NCBI GenBank assembly: GCA_028280735.1
Contig: JANQLH010000305.1
Location: 3,798-67,797, forward strand
Origin: SAR324 cluster bacterium
Lineage (GTDB): Bacteria; SAR324; XYD2-FULL-50-16
Reading direction: 5' to 3'
DNA length: 64,000 bases
Position 1 is the first letter of the stretch. The number at the start of each line of letters is the position of its first letter. Of this stretch, positions 57,240 through 64,000 are shown one piece after another. A program made the position numbers and the translations under genes. The notes beneath the pieces were generated by a model that did not search any database, was not told the origin of the DNA, and worked only from the letters and a program-made list of their open reading frames with translations.

Positions 57240-57554
57240 TCAGGATTTTTTCTTGGATTTTAATTCTCTTTTTTGCTTGTAGAGGCGAATTATGTCAAAC
57301 AGGAGCTCTTTGTCTTCCCCAAGTTCTTTGAAGAAAAGCTCATGAGCCCTTAGCTTCTTTTGGATTGTTTCAATATTTATTTCATGTTTAAGAGTCTGAA
57401 GCTGCTCTTGGAGGCTTTCAAGACTTATTGTTTCCGGATCTTTTTTTTCTTCAATTTCTGTCACGTCGTCAAGTTCTTGCACTCTCCTGTGACGCTCACG
57501 CATTTTGTCCCGTTTTTTGATAAAATCTTCTCGCTTTTTTTCGTCTTGCGACAT
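57240..57554 (-). CDS. small highly charged coiled-coil protein
   Basis: 104 aa, K/E/R-rich with heptad-like spacing. It sits between cheX paralogue 2 and the STAS gene on the same strand. Confidence 0.5.
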   Translation of the reverse strand: MSQDEKKREDFIKKRDKMRERHRRVQELDDVTEIEEKKDPETISLESLQEQLQTLKHEINIETIQKKLRAHELFFKELGEDKELLFDIIRLYKQKRELKSKKKS

Positions 57555-57652
57555 GGATGACTCCTCAAATATCCAATGAATCGCTCAATTTATAATAAAA
57601 GAGCGGCCAGTTCCTTTTAATGTCTGATATTTGTACATTGCATGGAAATATA

Positions 57653-58135
57653 TCACTCAAGAAACTTTTTTGAATCGAAACAAGTCTCAATAAAAAAGTC
57701 GCCATGAGCGGTTTGAAAGGGAATAACTATAACCCTATCTTTCACCGAGTGTATTAGTTCATGGTCTTCACCTAACGTTGTAACAGGAATTCCGGCTGAG
57801 AAATGGAAACCGAGTTTTACCAGCTCTTGTCTTGCATCCCCGCTAACCATATTGACAATTTCCCCAACCATATCGACAATTTCATCCGTAAGACCGTCGT
57901 ATTCCTCGCTAAACATTTGATACGCAACCTGAAGAATAGCCTTCGTCGAAAAGCTGATACCAATGCTTCCCTGGCATTCACCACTGACAGAGATAACCGA
58001 AGATATATCTGCCAGTCCTTTGGTATCACCAATCTCCTTTAAATATGGCTTCATCGGCTTTGAATCCATATAAGCCATCATTTTAAGGACCTTCCTGGTC
58101 GCAAATATAAAGGGATTGAGATATTCAACTTTCAT
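57653..58135 (-). CDS. cheX: CheX-like chemotaxis phosphatase (paralogue 2)
   Basis: 160 aa. My position-by-position alignment gives 104/160 identities with the 50503-50985 product, and the last 16 residues are identical (GDFFIETCFDSKKFLE). Confidence 0.75.
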   Translation of the reverse strand: MKVEYLNPFIFATRKVLKMMAYMDSKPMKPYLKEIGDTKGLADISSVISVSGECQGSIGISFSTKAILQVAYQMFSEEYDGLTDEIVDMVGEIVNMVSGDARQELVKLGFHFSAGIPVTTLGEDHELIHSVKDRVIVIPFQTAHGDFFIETCFDSKKFLE

Positions 58136-58466
58136 GGAATGTAATAGCTTGTTTTTATTGCTTTATATGTACGCTCAGCATTGAATTATCTGATTTTATA
58201 ACCACTTGATTTGCAATATAGTATACCGAGCAATGCCTTTAGTAAAGTAGTTCGATTGGAAATTTATTGATTTCATTAAAGATGAACATTGAAGTTAGGG
58301 GTTTTTGCAAATCAATCCCATGATTAATCTTGCATGACATTCGGTTTGTAGGGTTGTTACATATCACAGCTCTTCGCAGCCCTGTTTACATTTTACCTGA
58401 GACGCCCGATAATGAAAAGAGAAAGACAATCCGGTCTTATTGACAAACAAATGATACATTGATGTT

Positions 58467-59366
58467 ATGAATGATTCTAACCGGGTCAATCACTGGGTTG
58501 ACCTACATACTCACACAGACCGATCGGATGGCACATTTAGTCCACAGGAGCTGGTAACACTGGCTGAGAAAAAAGGCATTTTAACCATTTCAATTACGGA
58601 TCATGATACTGTAGCAGGGGTGGAGGCAGCCAAAAGCCACATTGAAGACCGGCATCTCAAGGTCCGCATGATTAAAGGTGTCGAGCTCAGTGCCAAGTCG
58701 ACAAAAGGAGTATTACATATCCTGGGGTACAATATAGACATCCATCACCAACCGCTGCTCGACAGCCTGGAAAAAGTTCGAAAAATCAGGGCAAGAAGGA
58801 ATAATGATATCGTAAGCAAACTCGCTACTCTTGGTATCAGTATTAGTGAAGGAGACCTCGAGGGGGTATCTATAGACAACGAAAGCCCTGGTCGTCCTCA
58901 TATTGCGAGAGTGTTGGTGGACAAACATATTGTAGATAGCATCGATCAGGCTTTTGATGAGTACCTGGGTAAAAACAAGAAAGCGTATGTGCCTAAAAAG
59001 CTGTATACCGCAGAGGAAGCAATTTCACTAATTCATGATGCCGGAGGAGTTGCCATTGTTGCCCACCCTGCTTCTCTGGACAGGGAGGGTGACGAATTTG
59101 AAGACTATTTACAGTCACTGGTTGGATATGGATTAAATGGAATTGAAGTTTATGCACCGCTCCATAATCAGGTTCAGATAGATACCTATTTAAGTTTGGC
59201 AAAAAAATACAATTTAATGATTTCTGCAGGTTCCGATTTTCATGGAACCAATAAACCGTCTATTGACCTGGGAATCTGCACAAACGGGGAAAAGATAGCT
59301 TCAAGCAAAGTTTCATCAAGCCTGACTTCAGACATTCATTGTGATAACCATATCGCTTTCCGGTAA
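58467..59366 (+). CDS. PHP-domain phosphoesterase (TrpH/YciV-like)
   Basis: 299 aa. Motifs present: VDLHTHTDRSDG, SITDHDT and IVAHP. Confidence 0.85.
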   Translation: MNDSNRVNHWVDLHTHTDRSDGTFSPQELVTLAEKKGILTISITDHDTVAGVEAAKSHIEDRHLKVRMIKGVELSAKSTKGVLHILGYNIDIHHQPLLDSLEKVRKIRARRNNDIVSKLATLGISISEGDLEGVSIDNESPGRPHIARVLVDKHIVDSIDQAFDEYLGKNKKAYVPKKLYTAEEAISLIHDAGGVAIVAHPASLDREGDEFEDYLQSLVGYGLNGIEVYAPLHNQVQIDTYLSLAKKYNLMISAGSDFHGTNKPSIDLGICTNGEKIASSKVSSSLTSDIHCDNHIAFR

Positions 59367-59383
59367 ATCCACAGCCATGTTTA

Positions 59384-61015
59384 ATGAACTCCGTGCGACC
59401 CCTAAAAGATAAACATTTTAACCGATCGACAGTTGATTTACTGGTGGTCTCAGATATCCACGGTCGTCTTATTTCGACCGGACAAAAAGGCGACGAAAAC
59501 TACCAGGTAGGATTGGACCGCTTTGCCGGGTATTTGGCACAAACCAGGGAAGCAAATCCGTATGTTTTTGTTATCAATAATGGAGATGCCATCCAGGGCA
59601 ATCCTATTGTGGATTTGCATAGCTTCCAAACTCAAAACAGCCGTGATAAAGAGCATCCGCTGAATATTGTTCAAAACTACCTAAACGTTGACTGCTTTGT
59701 GCCGGGAAATCATGAGTTTAATTTCGGTATTGATTACCTAAAGCAGGTCCATACTGGTTCAAACGCAACCTGGCTGTCAGCCAATATCTATTATCAAAAC
59801 TCCGATGAACTAGTCTTCGAACCCTATAAGATATTCCGGTTTGGCGATTTTAACATCGGTGTTATCGGAGTCGTGACTGATTTTGTCGTCAAATGGGAAA
59901 GCAAAAAAAATATTTCAGGTCTGGAATTTCGTAATGTGGTGGAAGCGTGTAAAAAGTATATTCCGGTCGTAAGAAGCAAGTGCGATTTTTTAATCGTATC
60001 CTACCACGGCGGACTTAAATTCAACCCTGAAAACAAAGAAATTTGGAGTATTGGGGAAACAAGCGAAAACCAGGGGATAGATATTTGGGATTGTAGTGAT
60101 GATATCGATTTGTTAATAACGGGACACCAACATCGCAAGCTGTTATTCAAACCCCGCCAAGCGAATAAGGCTGTTCTGCTACAACCATCCTGCTTTTCCA
60201 GGCATTGGGCACATATCAGGCTAACTAAATCTTCACCTGATAATGTCGGCAAAAAGCCAGAAATCGATTTAACCCCCGGAATTATTAACGCTGAAGAATT
60301 CGATCCCGATGGGAATGTTAAACAATTGCTTTTTCACCATCATGCCAAAATTGAAAAGATTTTAACCACTCCCGTGGGAAGGGTTGATAAAAGCTTTTTA
60401 ATTCAAGATCCCATGCAGGATGTTTGGTTACGTAAACACCCTTTGATTCAATGGATAAATCGCTTAATGTGTCGTTGTGCAAACGTGGAAATATCAGCTA
60501 TTCCCTTGCTTAACCCCAAACTTAAGGGGCTTTCTGGAGATGTAACTATTAAGGACATACTGTCATTTTTTTTCTTTCAGGACACTGTGTGCACAATCGA
60601 AGTAACGGGTAAAGCCTTGAAACAAGCTTTGGAAAAAGCCGCAGGGTTTTTTCTGTTGGAACCGGGGATAAATGGTGAACATACCATATCAATTAATCCG
60701 AATTGGCGTAAAGCAAGGGTTTTAAGCTATAATTACGATATGTGGGAAGGCATCGAATATGAATTTGATATTCGCAAACCCATCGGTAATCGCTTAACAT
60801 TTGTTAATCGAAAGGGGATGCCAATCGACAACGGTGAGAACTTGACAATCGCAGTAACCTCCTATCGATCCGGTGGAGCCTTTTATGATATGTTTTCGCC
60901 TGAATTAATTATCAATGAGTTTCCCGATAGAATAACTGATTTAATGATTCGTGATTTACGGGAAAACAAGCACCTCTCCATTACCCCGGAGCAAAATTTT
61001 AATATTATTTATTAA
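59384..61015 (+). CDS. metallophosphoesterase / 5'-nucleotidase family protein
   Basis: 543 aa. Calcineurin-like motifs are present (SDIHGR, NNGDAIQG, GNHEF, YHGG, GHQH), with a 5'-nucleotidase-like C-terminal domain. I see no signal peptide. Confidence 0.8.
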   Translation: MNSVRPLKDKHFNRSTVDLLVVSDIHGRLISTGQKGDENYQVGLDRFAGYLAQTREANPYVFVINNGDAIQGNPIVDLHSFQTQNSRDKEHPLNIVQNYLNVDCFVPGNHEFNFGIDYLKQVHTGSNATWLSANIYYQNSDELVFEPYKIFRFGDFNIGVIGVVTDFVVKWESKKNISGLEFRNVVEACKKYIPVVRSKCDFLIVSYHGGLKFNPENKEIWSIGETSENQGIDIWDCSDDIDLLITGHQHRKLLFKPRQANKAVLLQPSCFSRHWAHIRLTKSSPDNVGKKPEIDLTPGIINAEEFDPDGNVKQLLFHHHAKIEKILTTPVGRVDKSFLIQDPMQDVWLRKHPLIQWINRLMCRCANVEISAIPLLNPKLKGLSGDVTIKDILSFFFFQDTVCTIEVTGKALKQALEKAAGFFLLEPGINGEHTISINPNWRKARVLSYNYDMWEGIEYEFDIRKPIGNRLTFVNRKGMPIDNGENLTIAVTSYRSGGAFYDMFSPELIINEFPDRITDLMIRDLRENKHLSITPEQNFNIIY

Positions 61016-61041
61016 CAGAGACTTAAAAAGATAACTCTAAC

Positions 61042-61272
61042 ATGTCATCGATCATACAAACGGTTTCATACGAAAAAGAGGATGCCCGTCAGTTGGAAGA
61101 GAAACTGGGCGAATTACTGGGTGTACACAAATTGACCGTTACGCTCTCTGAAGGAATCACTATTGAAGGTATAGTCTCCGAAGTAGGAAAAGACTATATT
61201 GTAATGATTGAAGGGAGCCACGATACTGTTGTCCCCCTATCAAAAATACTTTTTTTCCGATACGACAGGTAA
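61042..61272 (+). CDS. small hypothetical protein (possibly Sm-like/DUF2642-like)
   Basis: 76 aa. The pattern V.L..G..IEG.V..VG.DY.V......VPL..I is reminiscent of small Sm-fold proteins, but the match is weak. Confidence 0.4.
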   Translation: MSSIIQTVSYEKEDARQLEEKLGELLGVHKLTVTLSEGITIEGIVSEVGKDYIVMIEGSHDTVVPLSKILFFRYDR

Positions 61273-61312
61273 GAAACAGATCGCGACTAACAGCCGGCAA
61301 CTGCCTTGACAA

Positions 61313-62077
61313 CTAAATGGCGGTTTGTCCGCCGTCGACCACTAGAGTTTGACCGGTAATAAAGCCGGCTGCTTCCGAGGCAAGAAATAGTGTTGGATGG
61401 ACGATATCAATCGGGTCGGCAATCCTTTTGGCCGGAATCCCCTTGCAAATCTCCTGATAAAGCTCATCATTCGACCAAAATGGTTTACTGAAATTTGTTC
61501 TGACCATACCCGGCGCAACGGTGTTCACCTGAATATTCATCGGTGCCAGTTCGGACGCCAGGACTTTAGTCATCATTTCAATTCCGGCTTTGGCTATGCC
61601 GTACACCCCCATACCGGGAGCAGCCCTCGACCCGGCAATTGAGGATATATTGACAATTTTCCCGCTGCCTTGTTCTTTCATGACCCTGGCTGCCATTCTG
61701 GAGCAAAGAAAAGTTCCGTTTAAATTGGAATCGATTATTTTCTGCCACAATAACAGTTCTGTTTCAGCTACTGATGCAGTCAGCAGGTTCATACCTACAT
61801 TGTTGATCAAAATATCGAGTTTTGAAAAAGACTCCGAAACTTGTTTAAAAAGTTGTTCGACCTGCTCTTCTTTTGCAATATGCGCTTGTATGGGTAAAAG
61901 GTTTTCATTCTTACCAAGCTCCTTGACCGCTGCTTCCAGCCCTTCCGCTTTTCTGGCACATATGACAACCTTAGCGTTTTCCTTAAGCAGATATTTGGCA
62001 ACCTCAAGTCCAATTCCTCGACTTCCTCCGGTTACAAGAGCAACTTTTCCTTCAAGATTATAAGAGATCTCAGCCAT
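61313..62077 (-). CDS. SDR-family oxidoreductase (FabG-like)
   Basis: Motifs present: TGGSRGIG, NNVG, NISS and YGIAKAG (YxxxK). I prefer ATG 62077. The track start at 62095 overlaps rsmG. Confidence 0.9.
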   Translation of the reverse strand: MAEISYNLEGKVALVTGGSRGIGLEVAKYLLKENAKVVICARKAEGLEAAVKELGKNENLLPIQAHIAKEEQVEQLFKQVSESFSKLDILINNVGMNLLTASVAETELLLWQKIIDSNLNGTFLCSRMAARVMKEQGSGKIVNISSIAGSRAAPGMGVYGIAKAGIEMMTKVLASELAPMNIQVNTVAPGMVRTNFSKPFWSNDELYQEICKGIPAKRIADPIDIVHPTLFLASEAAGFITGQTLVVDGGQTAI

Positions 62078-62768
62078 TGCTTTCCATAGAATCAAGTTTT
62101 TGAAATAGAACTATTATCCCTCCGTGTCCGAACTCCCTGAACTGGTATCGATGAGACAATAGAAGTTTATACCTGTGAAGTACTGAATAGTCTACTTCCT
62201 TCATTTCTTCCTGCCACCTTTCTCCCTTCCACAAAAGAAAATAACCATTGGGTTTGAGTAGGTGTTCACCAAAGTACAATATGTTCTTTATTTGATCAAA
62301 CGCTCTTGATATAATGACGTCATACGCCATTTTATTTTCCGGTATCTCAATTAGGTCCTGTAATCTTGTTTGTACGGGATGGACGTTCTCAATTGATAAT
62401 TGACGGACAACCTGCTGTTGAAACGCTATCTTCTTCCCGGCTTTATCAACGGAAACAAGATCCATGTCAGGTTGACAAATTGCCAATATGATTCCGGGAA
62501 TTCCTGCTCCGGATCCGAAATCTATAACTTTTCCCTTGGTAAACTCTTTGAGGTGTTTCAAGCTCTCAATATTGAGGACTACTAAGGAATCGAGCAGGTG
62601 TTTGACAATTGCTGCGTTTCTCTCCCGAATTGCTGTGAGATTTATTTTTTTGTTCCAAAAGAGTAATAAATCTAAATATTGTTCCAATTGAACCAGTACA
62701 GTTTCCGAAAGCCTTAAATTTGGGAACTCTTTTTCGATTTCACCTGCAATTTGGACTGTTTTTCGCAT
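62070..62768 (-). CDS. rsmG: 16S rRNA (guanine527-N7)-methyltransferase RsmG
   Basis: 232 aa. Motifs present: WNKKINLTA, the SAM motif DFGSGAGIPGI, and SRAF. Confidence 0.88.
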   Translation of the reverse strand: MRKTVQIAGEIEKEFPNLRLSETVLVQLEQYLDLLLFWNKKINLTAIRERNAAIVKHLLDSLVVLNIESLKHLKEFTKGKVIDFGSGAGIPGIILAICQPDMDLVSVDKAGKKIAFQQQVVRQLSIENVHPVQTRLQDLIEIPENKMAYDVIISRAFDQIKNILYFGEHLLKPNGYFLLWKGERWQEEMKEVDYSVLHRYKLLLSHRYQFREFGHGGIIVLFQKLDSMESNG

Positions 62769-62947
62769 ATCCCTCGCTGAAAATGACTAAACTCTAGGTA
62801 TAATAATGCATTGGGCCCAACATCTATCATTCAATAATAAAGTTACTATTCTTCCCAATGCATGTGGTCTAAAGGCAGCATAGAACATGAGGCCCAATAA
62901 TAACAACCGCAAATAAAATAACAATTTAGTTAGGACAGGAGCCGGTA

Positions 62948-64000
62948 ATGGCAAAAGAGGCAGCAGAAGAATTTGACCTTGACGGACTAGGAGACTTGGA
63001 TCTTGAAGGAGATCTTGACTTGGATTTGGCAGATTCCGACCTGGATCTTGCTGATGGAGGTGAGTCTGCTGGTGATGACAGTAGTGATGACATGTTGGAC
63101 GATTTTGATCTGGATGCCGGCGCTGATTTTGACCTGGGAGATGCCACGGGAGGAGACCCTTCTGTTACAAGTCTTGATCTTGATGGAGATTTGGATTTAG
63201 GTGATGATTTGGATCTTGGTGGAGATGCGGATATGGATAGCTCTTTAACCATGGAAAGTATTGATCCTGGAGATATCGAAATATCCGATGAAGTAGGCTC
63301 TGAAGATATACTGCCCGATTCTACCGGGGATGATGACTTGGGAGACCTGGATCTCGATATGGGTGATGAAGAGATGGGAATGGATCTCGATATGGATGAT
63401 CTTGGAGATACAGCCGGTGATGACTTGGGATTGGATCCGGATTCCGGAAGTGACGATATGGAACTCTCCTTGGAAGATACCGATTTGGGAAGCGGTGAGA
63501 GTGATGATTTAGATGATTTCGACCTTGATACCTTAAGCGATACCGCAGGTGAAGATGAAAGTGACGGTCTCAGCCTCGATCTGGATGTTGATGAAGCAGG
63601 ATTGGATCTCGATGTTTCTGATGATTCTCCAGAGCAAACCGAGCTTGATTTGGGAGAAACGCCGGGGCTGGAAGACGAGTTGGATACAGACCTTGGTGAT
63701 TTGGTTGATGATTCCAGTCTCGATCTCGAATTATCCGATTCTGATCTGGCAGGTGATTCCGGAACAGATGAACCGGATTTGGATTTAGACCTTGCCGAAT
63801 CTGAAGAAAGTATGAACTTACCTGAGCCGGAGTTATCACTGGATGACGATACGGCTTTGGAGGTCGAGGAATCCGCAGACTCCGACCTTTCCGGCAATCA
63901 ATTGGACCTTACCTCCCTAGAAGATGAATTGGGATTGGATGAATCTCAGTTGGCTCCTGCTCCGGAAATAGAAGAGATCAAGGATGTGGAATCAGACGCC
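62948..64000 (+). CDS. extremely acidic D/L/E/G/S-rich repeat protein, C-terminal end cut by window edge
   Basis: Absent from the ORF track because it has no stop inside the window. AGGAG at 62937-62941 lies 6 nt before ATG 62948. I hand-translated 351 codons to the window end without a stop (MAKEAAEEFDLDGLGDLDLEGDLDLDLADSDLDLADGG...). I see no Arg and only two Lys in that translation. Confidence 0.7.
   Translation, partial: MAKEAAEEFDLDGLGDLDLEGDLDLDLADSDLDLADGGESAGDDSSDDMLDDFDLDAGADFDLGDATGGDPSVTSLDLDGDLDLGDDLDLGGDADMDSSLTMESIDPGDIEISDEVGSEDILPDSTGDDDLGDLDLDMGDEEMGMDLDMDDLGDTAGDDLGLDPDSGSDDMELSLEDTDLGSGESDDLDDFDLDTLSDTAGEDESDGLSLDLDVDEAGLDLDVSDDSPEQTELDLGETPGLEDELDTDLGDLVDDSSLDLELSDSDLAGDSGTDEPDLDLDLAESEESMNLPEPELSLDDDTALEVEESADSDLSGNQLDLTSLEDELGLDESQLAPAPEIEEIKDVESDA

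Noticed and set aside
57200-57250. Plus-strand hairpin ctgacgcc...ggcgtcag followed by a T-run.
   Set aside because: The loop is about 30 nt and there is no plus-strand gene upstream. The T-run is simply the K-rich C-terminal codons of the minus-strand coiled-coil gene.
58404-58412. gcccgataa, resembling the sigma28 -10 element GCCGATAA, upstream of the PHP gene.
   Set aside because: There is no TAAA -35 element at the required ~15-nt spacing, and the downstream gene is not a motility gene.
61590-62063. 157-aa plus-strand ORF inside the SDR gene.
   Set aside because: It is antisense to a frame with intact TGGSRGIG and YxxxK motifs.
62926-63897. 323-aa Ser-rich ORF on the minus strand, the only long ORF listed here by the track.
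   Set aside because: It is the antisense shadow of the GAT/GAC/CTG-rich acidic gene. It has no RBS that I can see and an implausible poly-Ser/Pro/Lys composition. The plus-strand frame has an AGGAG RBS and stays open to the window edge.
1-64000. Scan for CRISPR arrays, rRNA and tRNA genes, IS elements with terminal inverted repeats, and toxin-antitoxin pairs.
   Set aside because: I recognised none in any intergenic region. The only interspersed repeat found is the two-copy 200-nt element reported above.

Overview
This is a 64-kb chromosomal window from a moderately AT-rich (by eye), Gram-negative-type bacterium. The envelope genes (RodA, MltB, heptose/LPS gene, Omp85-like barrel) support that type, but the taxon cannot be assigned from sequence alone. 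I recognise about 60 protein-coding genes and no rRNA, tRNA or CRISPR array. Two real genes are missing from the supplied ORF track because they run off the window edges: a TPR protein (1-1368, minus strand) and an extremely acidic DLDLD-rich protein (62948-64000, plus strand).

The core content is housekeeping: ilvD, ptsI, maf, queG, ruvB, miaB, rodA, glgA, recO, clpS/clpA, trxA, truA, thrC, fcl, rsmG.

Stretches worth a second look:
1. A translationally coupled operon encoding an RCK K+ channel, a secreted 14-repeat WD40 protein with an orphan C-terminal domain, and a heterodimeric ABC exporter with one degenerate ATP site (1566-9065).
2. A ~200-nt hairpin-containing repeat present twice in the same orientation, each time just after a stop codon in a convergent intergenic gap (19997-20199 and 50216-50425).
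3. A plant-type RGP/GT75-like protein embedded in a GDP-fucose-type sugar operon (42982-46067).
4. A solitary rplC with its own sigma70-like promoter, outside any S10 operon and abutting a tyrosine-recombinase module (47095-50199).
5. A CheW-less, MCP-less che operon (cheA-Y-B-R-D plus a STAS protein and a charged coiled-coil protein) bracketed by two CheX paralogues (50503-58135).
6. The polyanionic protein divergent from rsmG.

Several large orphan proteins are scattered between these. All functional calls rest on motif and family recognition by eye, and no database search was run.
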